DNA of 64,000 bases from Burkholderiaceae bacterium (GTDB lineage Bacteria > Pseudomonadota > Gammaproteobacteria > Burkholderiales > Burkholderiaceae_C): assembly GCA_038901875.1 (NCBI GenBank), contig JBCKPE010000001.1, positions 17,199 through 81,198 of the forward strand. Direction: 5' to 3'. Each line of letters begins with the position of its first letter. The first letter of the stretch is position 1. Both the position numbers and the translations under genes were made by a program. Positions 1-9,594 of the stretch are shown piece by piece. The notes below the pieces were generated by a model that was not told where the DNA came from, ran no database searches, and was given only the letters and a program-made list of their open reading frames with translations.

Positions 1-90
1 CATGGGAGAGTCGCGCTCAACGCCGGCATGCGATTGGCCATGCACGGTCAATGCGGTCGGCACCGGCGTGCCGCTTGTCAAGCCTGCCAA
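1..90 (-). CDS. Possible 5' end of a hypothetical protein gene running off the left edge of the window (very tentative)
   Basis: On the minus strand a strong SD, GGAGGAG (rc of 97-103), lies 6 nt before an in-frame TTG (rc of 88-90). The frame stays open to position 1 with GC-rich third positions and reads (M)AGLTSGTPVPTALTVHGQSHAGVERDSPM.... A + strand frame shares the same wobble positions and cannot be excluded. No family recognised. Confidence 0.25.
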   Translation of the reverse strand, partial: MAGLTSGTPVPTALTVHGQSHAGVERDSPM

Positions 91-256
91 GGTGAACTCC
101 TCCGAAGAAAGGTTCCCCGATTAGAACCGAATCATCAAGTTCACATGCAGCTTGTGGTCGCCTTTTTGCGGCGAGTCTGCATTCACCGTCAGCGGCACCT
201 TGCTGCCCGTGATCAGGCGCGCCCACTCGGCCGAGGCCGATACCCGCCCACGTGAT

Positions 257-285
257 CAGGGTTGTAACCCTGTTTTCATTTCTTG
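257..285 (+). terminator. Putative intrinsic terminator-like hairpin (+ orientation)
   Basis: CAGGGT-TGTA-ACCCTG (6-bp stem, 257-272) is followed by TTTTCATTTCTT. The U-tract is on the + strand only, and no convincing + strand gene ends just upstream. Confidence 0.3.
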
Positions 286-375
286 ACTTGGACCCGGACG
301 TTGTGATTCAGGAGGAGCGGTTGGGTGCACCGCTCCAATCCAGAAGAGCCCTCAATTCGTTACACCAACGCAGCG

Positions 376-3300
376 TCACACCAACACCCGCTCAATACCG
401 CCTGAATTCGCCGCTTTCACGTAGTCGGCCATCCATTGCTCGCCCAAAATCAGCCGAGCCATTTCAACCACGATGTAGTCGGCTTCGAGCAGTCCATTTT
501 GCAGGTCGTCGCGATAGCGGCTCAGCCCCTGCAGGCAGCTCGGGCAACTGGTCAGTATCTTGATGTTTGCCTTCACATCCAGTCCAGCCTCGGCGCGCAG
601 CGCAATTTCGTCGCGTCGCAGTTCCTCCTCCTTCCTGAACCGGACCTGGGTTGCGATGTCGGGTCGTGTCACACCCAGCGTGCCGGCCTCACCGCAGCAG
701 CGCTCGCTTTTCAGCACCTTGTCCCCGACCAGGGCTTTCACCGTCTTCATCGGGTCTTGCAGTTTCAGCGGGCTGTGACAGGGATCATGGTAAAGGTAGG
801 CCCCGACTGGCGCCGCGCCAGCGGCCTCTTCGTCACCCGCCCCGCCCCGTGGGGAAGCCAAAGTGATGCCTTTCTCCAGCAAGAACTCATGAATGTCGAT
901 GATGCGGCAGCCGGGAAAGATCTTGTCGAACTGATAGCCCTGCAACTGGTCGTAGCAGGTGCCGCAACTCACCACCACGGTTTTGATGTCCAGGTAGTTC
1001 AACGTATTCGCCACCCGGTGAAACAACACGCGGTTGTCGGTGATGATCTTCTCGGCCTTGTCGAACTGCCCGCTGCCACGCTGCGGGTAGCCACAGCACA
1101 GGTAGCCCGGCGGCAGCACCGTCTGCACGCCAGCGTGCCAGAGCATCGCCTGGGTCGCCAAACCAACCTGGCTGAACAGGCGTTCGGAGCCGCAGCCGGG
1201 AAAGTAGAACACCGCTTCGGAGTCCACCGTCGTTCCCTGCGGATCGCGAATGATCGGCACATAGGCCGCGTCTTCCACGTCCAACAGCGCGCGCGCCGTT
1301 TTGTTGGGCAGGCCGGCGGGCATCTTCTTGTTGATGAAATGAATCACCTGCTCCTTCAGCGCCGCCTTGCCGACGCTGGCCGGGGGACGTGACGTCTGCG
1401 AGCGAGCCAGTCGCGCAAACAATTGGTGCGCCAGGCGCTGCGCCTTGAAGCCAAGACCGACCATGGCCGAGCGCATGAACTTGATCGTCTGCGGATTCGT
1501 TGCGTTAAGGAAGAACATGGCCGCCGCATTGCCGGGCCGGAACGACCTGTGCCCCATCTTGCGCAGCAGGTTGCGCATGTTCATTGAGACATCACCGAAG
1601 TCGATGTCGACCGGACAGGGCGTAAGGCATTTGTGGCAGACCGTGCAGTGGTCGGCAACGTCCTCGAATTCCTCCCAATGCCTGATTGAAATGCCGCGCC
1701 GGGTCTGCTCTTCGTACAGGAAAGCTTCGATCAGCAGCGAGGTCGCAAGGATCTTGTCGCGCGGGCTGTACAGCAGGTTGGCCCGCGGCACGTGCGTGGC
1801 ACAAACTGGTTTGCATTTGCCGCACCGCAGGCAGTTCTTGACGCTGTCGGCGATGGCGCCGATGTCGGACTGCTGCAGGATCAGGGACTCGTGTGCCATC
1901 AGGCCGAAGCTCGGCGTGTAGGCGTTGGTCAGGTCCGCGAGCAACGGTTCGCCCTCACCCCAACCCTCTCCCGCAAGCGGGAGAGAGGATTGTCTTGCTC
2001 CCTCTCCCGCAAAAGCGGGAGAGGGCGGGGGTGAGGGTCTTAGCAGTTTGCCTTTATAGAAATGGCCATTCGGGTCGATCCTCGCCTTGTACGCGGCGAA
2101 CTCGGCAATTTCCCCATCGGTCAAAAATTCGAGCTTGGTGATGCCAATGCCGTGCTCACCCGAAATCACGCCGCCAAGCTGGCGCGCCAAGGCCATGATG
2201 CGGGTTACGGCGGCCCGCGCCGATTGCAGCATCTGATAGTTGTCACTGTTGACCGGGATGTTGGTGTGCACGTTGCCGTCGCCGGCGTGCATGTGCAAGG
2301 CGATCCAGACCCGCCCCTTCAGGACGCGGCCGTGAATGGCCTGGCATTCGTCCAGGATGGGTTGGAAAGCGCTGCCGGCGAAGATGCGTTGCAGGCCGGC
2401 GCGAATCTGCAGCTTCCAGCTAGCTCGCAGGCGGTGGTCCTGCAGTTGCTCGAAGTCACTGTCAATGTTGTCCAGCCAGCCCAGCCACTGGCTCTGTGCC
2501 GCGTCAACCAGCTCCATGGCCTGAGCGACCCGGTCTTCCAGCAACTCGGCAGAAGGAATTTCGCTGGCGTCGTCATGGCGGCCCAGCGGCAGGTTGTCGC
2601 GCTGGAAAAATCGTCGCAACTCCTGGCAAAGTTCGATCTTGTTGCGCAGGCTCAGCTCGATGTTGATGCGCTCGACGCCATCGGTGTAGGCGCCCAGACG
2701 CGGCAGCGGAATCACCACGTCCTCGTTGATCTTGAAGGCATTGGTGTGCTTGGCGATGGCCGCGGTGCGCTTGCGATCAAGCCAAAACTTCTTCTGCGCC
2801 TCCGGGCTGGTCGCGATGAAGCCTTCGCCCTGGCGCGAATTCGCGATCCGCACCACTTCGGAACTGGCGCGCGCAACGGCGTCGGCGTCGGCGCCGGCAA
2901 TGTCGCCGATCAGAACCATCTTGGGCAGGGCCGAAGCGCCGCCACCCTTGCCATCGGCCCCGCGCCGCGACTTGGTCGCATAACCGACCGCGCGCAGGTA
3001 TCGATCATCTAGGTGCTCCAGCCCGGCCAGCACTGTGCCGCTGCGCTGCGCCTCGGCGACCATGTAATCCCGGATCTCAACCATGCTTGGCACCGCATCG
3101 CGAGCGTTGCCAAAAAACTCCAGGCAAACCGTCCTGCTGTGCGCCGGCATGCGGTGCAGGATCCAGCGCGCCGAGGTGATCAGGCCGTCGCAGCCCTCCT
3201 TCTGAATGCCGGGCAGACCGCTCAGGAACTTGTCCGTCACATCCTTGCCCAGGCCCTCCTGCCGAAAGCGGTGCCCCGGGATGTCGAGCCGTTCGGTCCG

Positions 3301-4440
3301 GATCAGCGTCGTTCCATCGGCGCGCAGGTAGCGCAACTCAAAACTGGCCAGCTCGGTGTCGTGAATACGGCCCAGGTTGTGGTTCAGGCGGGTCACCTCC
3401 AGCCACTGCGCGTCGGGCGTGACCATGCGCCAGGACACCAGGTTATCGAGCGCCGTTCCCCACAGAACGGCCTTCTTGCCGCCGGCGTTCATGGCAATGT
3501 TGCCGCCGATGCAGCAAGCATCGGCCGAGGTCGGATCGACCGCGAACACATAGCCGGCCTGCTCGGCGGCGTCGGCCACGCGCTGCGTGACCACACCGGC
3601 TTCGGTCCATAGGGTCGGCACCGGGCGTTCCACGCCGGCCAGCACAGTCATCTCGACTGCGGACATGCGATCCAGTTTTTCTGTGTTGATGACGGCGCTT
3701 CTCCAGCAAAGAGGCACCGCGCCCCCGGTGTAACCGGTGCCGCCACCGCGCGGAATGATCGTCAAATCCAGTTCGATGCAGCGGCGCACCAGTGCCGCCA
3801 TCTCGACTTCGGTGTCCGGAGTAAGAACGACAAACGGGTATTCGACACGCCAGTCGGTGGCGTCGGTGACATGGGAGACCCGGCTGAGCCCGTCAAACTT
3901 GATGTTGTCCTTGGCCGTGCTGCGGCCCAGCACCCGTCTGGCACGCCGGCGCAGGCGCGCAACCTCGGTGAATTGATCGTCGAATCGATCAACCGCCAGC
4001 GTCGCTGCATCGAGCAACTCACCCACCATGGCGTCCCGATCGAGCGCGGTCTGCTCCGCGCCGCCCAAGTTTTCCGGCGTAGGTGGTACGGCCGGGCCGC
4101 TTGCTGCGCCGGCTCGACGCTTGCCAACTTCATGCAGCCGATGGTGCAGGGCATTGACCAGCAGTTGCCGGCGTTTCGGGTTCTCCAGCAGATCGTCCTG
4201 CAGGTAGGGGTTGCGCTGCACCACCCAGATGTCGCCCAGCACCTCGTACAGCATGCGTGCCGAGCGTCCGGTTCTGCGCTCGTCTCTCAGCTTGAGAAGA
4301 ATGTCCCAGGCGCGCGTGCCTAACAGGCGTATGACGATTTCGCGGTCAGAGAACGAGGTGTAGTTGTACGGAATCTCACGCAGTCGCGGCGCGTCTTTGG
4401 TGCTGGCCGACAACAGGCCATGGGTGGCTGGTGCGTTCAT
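376..4440 (-). CDS. Giant multidomain oxidoreductase: DUF3683-like N-terminal region, GlcD-like FAD-binding/FAD-oxidase domains, a 2x[4Fe-4S] ferredoxin motif pair and two GlpC/GlcF-type CCG cysteine-rich domains
   Basis: 1354-aa ORF. Motifs read directly: [16 protein letters not shown] (FAD_binding_4), [11 protein letters not shown] and [12 protein letters not shown] (CxxCxxCxxxCP ferredoxin clusters), LCCGYP and RCCGEAG (CCG domains). The N-terminus [22 protein letters not shown] matches my memory of DUF3683. Confidence 0.85.
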   Translation of the reverse strand: MNAPATHGLLSASTKDAPRLREIPYNYTSFSDREIVIRLLGTRAWDILLKLRDERRTGRSARMLYEVLGDIWVVQRNPYLQDDLLENPKRRQLLVNALHHRLHEVGKRRAGAASGPAVPPTPENLGGAEQTALDRDAMVGELLDAATLAVDRFDDQFTEVARLRRRARRVLGRSTAKDNIKFDGLSRVSHVTDATDWRVEYPFVVLTPDTEVEMAALVRRCIELDLTIIPRGGGTGYTGGAVPLCWRSAVINTEKLDRMSAVEMTVLAGVERPVPTLWTEAGVVTQRVADAAEQAGYVFAVDPTSADACCIGGNIAMNAGGKKAVLWGTALDNLVSWRMVTPDAQWLEVTRLNHNLGRIHDTELASFELRYLRADGTTLIRTERLDIPGHRFRQEGLGKDVTDKFLSGLPGIQKEGCDGLITSARWILHRMPAHSRTVCLEFFGNARDAVPSMVEIRDYMVAEAQRSGTVLAGLEHLDDRYLRAVGYATKSRRGADGKGGGASALPKMVLIGDIAGADADAVARASSEVVRIANSRQGEGFIATSPEAQKKFWLDRKRTAAIAKHTNAFKINEDVVIPLPRLGAYTDGVERINIELSLRNKIELCQELRRFFQRDNLPLGRHDDASEIPSAELLEDRVAQAMELVDAAQSQWLGWLDNIDSDFEQLQDHRLRASWKLQIRAGLQRIFAGSAFQPILDECQAIHGRVLKGRVWIALHMHAGDGNVHTNIPVNSDNYQMLQSARAAVTRIMALARQLGGVISGEHGIGITKLEFLTDGEIAEFAAYKARIDPNGHFYKGKLLRPSPPPSPAFAGEGARQSSLPLAGEGWGEGEPLLADLTNAYTPSFGLMAHESLILQQSDIGAIADSVKNCLRCGKCKPVCATHVPRANLLYSPRDKILATSLLIEAFLYEEQTRRGISIRHWEEFEDVADHCTVCHKCLTPCPVDIDFGDVSMNMRNLLRKMGHRSFRPGNAAAMFFLNATNPQTIKFMRSAMVGLGFKAQRLAHQLFARLARSQTSRPPASVGKAALKEQVIHFINKKMPAGLPNKTARALLDVEDAAYVPIIRDPQGTTVDSEAVFYFPGCGSERLFSQVGLATQAMLWHAGVQTVLPPGYLCCGYPQRGSGQFDKAEKIITDNRVLFHRVANTLNYLDIKTVVVSCGTCYDQLQGYQFDKIFPGCRIIDIHEFLLEKGITLASPRGGAGDEEAAGAAPVGAYLYHDPCHSPLKLQDPMKTVKALVGDKVLKSERCCGEAGTLGVTRPDIATQVRFRKEEELRRDEIALRAEAGLDVKANIKILTSCPSCLQGLSRYRDDLQNGLLEADYIVVEMARLILGEQWMADYVKAANSGGIERVLV
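1952..2037. repeat. Nested palindromic REP/RPE-like element embedded in frame in the oxidoreductase CDS
   Basis: Outer arms are CCCTCACCCC (1952-1961) and GGGGTGAGGG (2028-2037). Inner hairpin 1 pairs 1966-1973 with 1978-1985 (loop CAAG). Inner hairpin 2 is CCCTCTCCCGC-AAAA-GCGGGAGAGGG (2000-2025, 11 perfect bp). The two inner hairpins are direct repeats of each other. Confidence 0.75.
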
Positions 4441-4615
4441 CGAGTTGTTCGGTAGCCACCTGAAGCGGCGCGGCAGGTTCCTGCAGAATGTTACCGCAGT
4501 GCAACATTTTCTCCTGGCCTAATGGGAAACCCGCTTGTGCGCAGGCCACCATCTGAAATCAAATGGTCTTCTCAATCCGGGCCGGTGCGCCCGGTCGTTC
4601 AATAAAGGAACTTTC

Positions 4616-5923
4616 ATGCAACTCAAACTAGGATTGGCAACGCTTGCCACGGTGCTGTCGTTTTCGGCAACGGCGCAAACCGAAATTCAGTGGTGGCACT
4701 CGATGCCCGGTGCGCTTGGCGAATGGGTCAATGACCAGGCCAAGGGCTTCAACGAGAAGCAAAAGGACTACAAGGTCACGGCGGTGTTCAAGGGCAACTA
4801 CGACGAGTCGATGACCGCCGCAATCGCTGCCTTCCGCGCCGGCAACGCACCGCATATCCTGCAGGTGTTCGAGGTCGGCACGGCCACGATGATGGCCAGC
4901 AAGGGAGCGATCAAGCCGGTCGCCCAGCTGATGAAGGAAGCTGGCGCCAAGTTCGACCCCAAGGTCTATATTCAGGCGGTATCGGGCTACTACACGGCGC
5001 CCAACGGCGAGATGATGAGCCTTCCGTTCAACAGCTCAACCCCTGTTTTTCACTACAACAAGGATGCGCTGAAGGCCGCCGGGGTGGATCCAGAGAGCCC
5101 GCCCAAAACTTGGCCCGAGGTGGCGCTGGCCGCGGCCAAGCTCAAAGCCAGCGGGCACAAGTGCCCGTTCACCACCAGCTGGCAGAGTTGGACCCAATTG
5201 GAGAGCTTCTCGGCCTGGCACAACGTTGAGTTCGCGACCAAACGCAACGGCTTCCTGGGCATGGACACGCGCCTGGCCTTCAACACGCCGCTGCATGTGC
5301 GCCACATCGAGAACCTGGCCAACATGTCCAAGCAAGGCTTGTTCATCTACAAGGGCCGTGGCAATGCCGCGGACGCCACCTTCGTTTCGGGAGAGTGCGC
5401 GATGGTCACTGGCTCGTCGGCGCTGTACGGAAACATCAAGCGCAATGCCAAGTTCGCTTCGGGCATCAGTACCTTGCCCTATTACCCGGACGTGCCAGGT
5501 GCGCCGCAGAACACAGTGATCGGCGGTGCCAGCCTGTGGGTCATGGCTGGCAAGAAGCCCGAGGAGTACAAGGGCGTGGCGGGCTTTTTCACCTACCTGT
5601 CTGACCCGAACGTGCAAGCCATAAGCCACCAACGAACTGGCTACCTGCCGATCACCATTGAGGCCTTCGGCATCACCGAAAAATCAGGCTTCTACAAGGA
5701 GAATCCAGGCACCGATGTCTCGGTAACGCAGATGATTCGCAAGGTGACCGACAAGTCGCGCGGCATCCGGCTGGGCAACTTTGTGCAGATTCGCGCCATC
5801 CTCGACGAGGAAATGGAGCAGATCTGGAGCGGAAAGAAATCGGCTCAAGAGGGCCTGGATGCGGCGAAAAAGCGCGGCGACGAGCAACTCGAACGCTTTG
5901 AAAAGGCGAACAAGAAAAGTTGA
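4616..5923 (+). CDS. ugpB: sn-glycerol-3-phosphate ABC transporter substrate-binding protein
   Basis: ATG at 4616 is preceded by AAAGGAA; the track ORF starts 81 nt earlier at a non-ATG codon. Signal peptide MQLKLGLATLATVLSFSATAQ and UgpB-like mature N-terminus TEIQWWHSM. First gene of a ugpBAECQ-type cluster. Confidence 0.9.
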   Translation: MQLKLGLATLATVLSFSATAQTEIQWWHSMPGALGEWVNDQAKGFNEKQKDYKVTAVFKGNYDESMTAAIAAFRAGNAPHILQVFEVGTATMMASKGAIKPVAQLMKEAGAKFDPKVYIQAVSGYYTAPNGEMMSLPFNSSTPVFHYNKDALKAAGVDPESPPKTWPEVALAAAKLKASGHKCPFTTSWQSWTQLESFSAWHNVEFATKRNGFLGMDTRLAFNTPLHVRHIENLANMSKQGLFIYKGRGNAADATFVSGECAMVTGSSALYGNIKRNAKFASGISTLPYYPDVPGAPQNTVIGGASLWVMAGKKPEEYKGVAGFFTYLSDPNVQAISHQRTGYLPITIEAFGITEKSGFYKENPGTDVSVTQMIRKVTDKSRGIRLGNFVQIRAILDEEMEQIWSGKKSAQEGLDAAKKRGDEQLERFEKANKKS

Positions 5924-5955
5924 AAGCCCTGGTCCGCGTGCGGCAGCGATGCCGC

Positions 5956-6014
5956 CGCCTTGTCATCTCGCCATGCAACTCCCCTGCGGCCTCGGCTTGC
6001 CGGGCGACAAGGCG
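5956..6014 (+). promoter_or_regulatory. Intercistronic stem-loop between ugpB and ugpA
   Basis: CGCCTTGTC (5956-5964) pairs perfectly with GACAAGGCG (6006-6014), a 9-bp stem closing a GC-rich 41-nt loop. It lies in the 126-nt ugpB-ugpA spacer. Confidence 0.35.
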
Positions 6015-6049
6015 TCCTGTCGGTTCACCTATGAGCACTCAGTAGTAAC

Positions 6050-6937
6050 TTGGCTGTCGAAAAACGCGTCCGCTTCAAAAGCTGGTGGCTACCCTGGGCC
6101 TTGGTGGCGCCTCAGCTGATCATTATTTCCGTCTTCTTCTTTTGGCCCGCCGGACAGGCGCTGTACCAGAGTGTGCTGACGGAAGACCCTTTCGGCACCA
6201 GCTCGACCTTCGTCGGCACCGAGAACTTCTTGCGCTTGTGGAACGACGACACCTACCTGGCCTCGTTCAAGGTCACAGCCGTGTTCTCGCTGCTGGTCGC
6301 CAGCCTGGGGCTGACGATCTCGCTGATGCTCGCCGTGATGGCCGACCGAGTGGTCCGCGCCGCCGGCTTCTACAAGACACTCCTGATATGGCCCTACGCC
6401 GTGGCGCCGGCCGTGGCCGGTGTGGTTTGGCTGTTCATGTTCGCGCCTTCGATTGGCATTGTCAGCTTCTGGCTTCGGGCGGCCGGGATGAATTGGAATC
6501 ACCTGCTTGACGGTGGCCACGCGATGACCCTGATCGTCATGGCATCGGTGTGGAAGCAGATCTCCTACAACTTCCTGTTTTTCCTGGCCGGGCTGCAGTC
6601 GATCCCGAAAAGTCTGATCGAGGCCGCGGCGATCGATGGCGCAGGACCCTGGCGCCGCTTCTGGACGGTTCAGTTTCCACTGTTGACACCAACCGCCTTC
6701 TTCCTGCTGGTCATCAATATCGTTTACGCCTTCGTTGACACCTTTGCCATCATCGACGCGGCCACCCAGGGTGGTCCGGGCCAGGACACCGCGACCCTGG
6801 TCTACAAGGTCTATTTCGACGGCTTCAAGGCACTCGACCTGGGCGGCTCGGCGGCGCAGTCGGTCGTGTTGATGGTGATCGTGATCGCGCTGACCATCGT
6901 GCAGTTCCGCTATATCGAAAAGCGCGTGAACTATTGA
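6050..6937 (+). CDS. ugpA: sn-glycerol-3-phosphate ABC transporter permease
   Basis: 295 aa. The N-terminus [26 protein letters not shown] parallels E. coli UgpA. EAA loop [18 protein letters not shown] start without a clear SD, so the exact start is uncertain. Confidence 0.88.
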   Translation: MAVEKRVRFKSWWLPWALVAPQLIIISVFFFWPAGQALYQSVLTEDPFGTSSTFVGTENFLRLWNDDTYLASFKVTAVFSLLVASLGLTISLMLAVMADRVVRAAGFYKTLLIWPYAVAPAVAGVVWLFMFAPSIGIVSFWLRAAGMNWNHLLDGGHAMTLIVMASVWKQISYNFLFFLAGLQSIPKSLIEAAAIDGAGPWRRFWTVQFPLLTPTAFFLLVINIVYAFVDTFAIIDAATQGGPGQDTATLVYKVYFDGFKALDLGGSAAQSVVLMVIVIALTIVQFRYIEKRVNY

Positions 6938-6950
6938 TCCTGGACAAGCC

Positions 6951-7808
6951 ATGGTTGAAAACCGCCCCGCCGCCACCCTACTGTCCCATCTTGTGCTTTT
7001 GCTCGGGGTGTTGATCGTTGCCTTTCCGGTCTATATCACCTTCATCGCGTCGACCCAGACCGCCGAGCAAATTGTGCAGAACGTGCCGATGTCGCTGCTC
7101 CCAGGCGACACGGTGCTGCGAAACTACGAATTGGCGCTCTGGGGCGGCGAAACCGCCTATGGCAGCAAGATACCGCCGGTGGCGTCCATGCTATGGGTGA
7201 GTCTGGTCACCGCCTTGGTGATCTCGACCGGCAAGATCGTGATCTCGCTGTTGTCGGCTTTCGCGGTGGTGTACTTCCGCTTTCCGTTTCGCAACCTGGT
7301 TTTCTGGATGATTTTCGTCACCTTGATGCTGCCTGTGGAGGTGCGCATCCTTCCAACCTACAAGGTCGTGTCGGACCTGGGCATGCTCAACACCTATGCC
7401 GGGCTGACGGTGCCACTGATCGCATCGGCAACGGCGACTTTCCTGTTCCGGCAGTTCTTTTTGACCGTTCCCGACGAATTGGTTGAGGCGGCCCGCATGG
7501 ATGGTGCCGGACCCATGCGATTTTTCAAGGACGTGCTGCTGCCGCTGTCGCGCACTTCGATCGCGGCGCTGTTCGTGATTCAGTTCATCTATGGCTGGAA
7601 TCAATACCTTTGGCCGCTGCTGGTAACCACCAGTGAGGACATGTATCCGGTGGTGATCGGCATCAAACGCATGATCACCGGAGGCGACGCCGCAACCGAA
7701 TGGAATGCAGTGATGGCCACGGCCATCCTGGCCATGCTGCCGCCAGCGCTGGTGGTGATCCTGATGCAGAGGTGGTTCGTTAAAGGCCTGGTGGACACGG
7801 AAAAATAA
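6951..7808 (+). CDS. ugpE: sn-glycerol-3-phosphate ABC transporter permease
   Basis: 285 aa, multi-TM, EAA loop VEAARMDGAGPMRFF. Positioned between ugpA and ugpC. Confidence 0.88.
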   Translation: MVENRPAATLLSHLVLLLGVLIVAFPVYITFIASTQTAEQIVQNVPMSLLPGDTVLRNYELALWGGETAYGSKIPPVASMLWVSLVTALVISTGKIVISLLSAFAVVYFRFPFRNLVFWMIFVTLMLPVEVRILPTYKVVSDLGMLNTYAGLTVPLIASATATFLFRQFFLTVPDELVEAARMDGAGPMRFFKDVLLPLSRTSIAALFVIQFIYGWNQYLWPLLVTTSEDMYPVVIGIKRMITGGDAATEWNAVMATAILAMLPPALVVILMQRWFVKGLVDTEK

Positions 7809-8813
7809 ATGGCAGCCATTACCCTGAACAACATCGTCAAGCAATACGGTACCGGGAAGCACAAGCTTCAGGTCATCCATGGCGTGAGCGCCGAAATTGC
7901 GGATCGCGAATTCGTCGTCATCGTCGGCCCGTCCGGTTGCGGCAAATCAACGCTGCTGCGCATGGTCGCCGGACTGGAGGAGATTACGGCTGGCGAAATC
8001 TCCATCGGCGGGCGCGTCGTCAACAATCTGGAGCCGGCTGAGCGCGACATCGCGATGGTGTTCCAGAACTACGCGCTGTATCCGCACATGAGCGTGTTCG
8101 ACAACATGGCCTATGGACTGAAGATCAAGAGGGTTCCAGTCGCCGAGATCAAGACCCGGGTCGACAAGGCAGCGGCAATCCTGGAACTGGGGCAGTTGTT
8201 GCATCGCGCACCGCGGGAGCTCTCGGGCGGACAGCGCCAACGCGTCGCCATGGGCCGCGCCATCGTGCGGGAACCCCAGGTGTTCCTGTTTGACGAGCCG
8301 CTGTCGAATCTGGACGCCAAGCTGCGGGTGCAAACCCGACTCGAGATCCAGAAACTGCATCGCGAGCTCGGCATCACCTCGCTGTTCGTGACGCATGATC
8401 AGGTCGAGGCCATGACGCTGGCGCAACGCATGATGGTCATGAACGCCGGCGTGATGGAGCAGTTTGGCACCCCGGATGAGGTCTACCACCGGCCAGCGAC
8501 CACCTTCGTCGCCGGTTTCATTGGCTCACCCCCGATGAACCTGCTCAAGTCCGCTCCCGGTGCCAAGCCGGGAACTCTTCTGGGCATTCGCCCTGAACAC
8601 CTTGAGTTGGCCGAATCGGGTTGGCCGCTGCAGGTCGAGACCACCGAAATGCTGGGCGCTGAGCGGCTGGTTTACGCCTGGCTTGGCGAGGAGATGGTCA
8701 CTTTGCGCATCGACGAAACCACGCCCGCGCCCAGAGTCGGACAAACCATTCACGTGACTCCCCGTCCGGACCGACTGCACTGGTTTGACGAGGCGACCGG
8801 CAAGCGCAAATGA
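7809..8813 (+). CDS. ugpC: sn-glycerol-3-phosphate ABC transporter ATP-binding protein
   Basis: Walker [10 protein letters not shown], signature LSGGQRQR, Walker [10 protein letters not shown], and a MalK-type C-terminal domain. The start abuts the ugpE stop. Confidence 0.9.
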   Translation: MAAITLNNIVKQYGTGKHKLQVIHGVSAEIADREFVVIVGPSGCGKSTLLRMVAGLEEITAGEISIGGRVVNNLEPAERDIAMVFQNYALYPHMSVFDNMAYGLKIKRVPVAEIKTRVDKAAAILELGQLLHRAPRELSGGQRQRVAMGRAIVREPQVFLFDEPLSNLDAKLRVQTRLEIQKLHRELGITSLFVTHDQVEAMTLAQRMMVMNAGVMEQFGTPDEVYHRPATTFVAGFIGSPPMNLLKSAPGAKPGTLLGIRPEHLELAESGWPLQVETTEMLGAERLVYAWLGEEMVTLRIDETTPAPRVGQTIHVTPRPDRLHWFDEATGKRK

Positions 8814-9562
8814 CCCCTGAGGCCGACCGGTCGCGGCACTGGCCCTACCCGCGCTGGATCGCGCACCGGGGCGCCGGAAAACTGGCCCCAGAGAACACGC
8901 TCGCCGCGTTTCGAGTTGGAGCGGGGCATGGCTACAAAATGTTCGAATGCGACGCAAAATTGAGTGCCGACGAGGTTCCGTTTCTGTTGCATGACGCAAC
9001 GCTGGAGCGCACCAGCACCGGATCGGGTGACGCCGGCGCGCTGTCCTGGCAGAAACTGAGCAAACTTGACGCCGGCAGTTGGCATTCCGCAGCCTTCGCT
9101 GGCGAACCCCTGCCGTCGCTGGAAAGCATCGCCCACTTCTGCCTGCGCAATCAGTGCCACCTGAACGTCGAGATCAAGCCGACACCTGGCACGGCCTACC
9201 GCACCGGCGCGGTGGTCGCAAATGAGCTGATTCGGTACTGGGATGCCGAGGCAGCGCCCCCGTTACTGACTTCGTTTGAAGTTTCCGCGCTCGAAGGCGC
9301 CCGGAGCACGCAGCCACAGCTGCCGCGCGGTCTGCTACTTCACAGCATTTCGCCCGGATGGCTGGACGCCGCCCGAAAATTGGACTGCGTCGCCCTGGTC
9401 ATCAAGCATGAGCAATGGAACGAGGACACGGTCGGCGCAGCGAGGCGGGCGGGGTTCCGAATCGTTTGCTACACCGTCAGCGACCAATCCTCAGCCGACA
9501 GGCTGTTGGCATTGGGCGTCGACGGCATCATCACCGATCGCGTCGATCTGTTCGCGCCCTAA
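8810..9562 (+). CDS. ugpQ: Glycerophosphodiester phosphodiesterase
   Basis: 250 aa with GDPD motifs [18 protein letters not shown] and [17 protein letters not shown]. 4-nt ATGA overlap with ugpC. Confidence 0.88.
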   Translation: MTPEADRSRHWPYPRWIAHRGAGKLAPENTLAAFRVGAGHGYKMFECDAKLSADEVPFLLHDATLERTSTGSGDAGALSWQKLSKLDAGSWHSAAFAGEPLPSLESIAHFCLRNQCHLNVEIKPTPGTAYRTGAVVANELIRYWDAEAAPPLLTSFEVSALEGARSTQPQLPRGLLLHSISPGWLDAARKLDCVALVIKHEQWNEDTVGAARRAGFRIVCYTVSDQSSADRLLALGVDGIITDRVDLFAP

Positions 9563-9594
9563 TGTCGTGCCGCGGCCCCGGCGTGGCCACCGGT

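Noticed and set aside
28-255. Track ORFs 28..255 (+) and 17..226 (-) at the left edge.
   Set aside because: Both translate to Arg/Cys/His/Gln-rich sequence typical of non-coding frames. A different minus-strand frame looks more protein-like; see the finding on 1-375.
4441-4615. Looked for a Pho box (CTGTCAT-N4-CTGTCAT) upstream of ugpB, since ugp is Pho-regulated in E. coli.
   Set aside because: Only weak partial matches were found (for example TGTTACCGCAGTGCAACA). Nothing is convincing by eye, and a position weight matrix scan would be needed.
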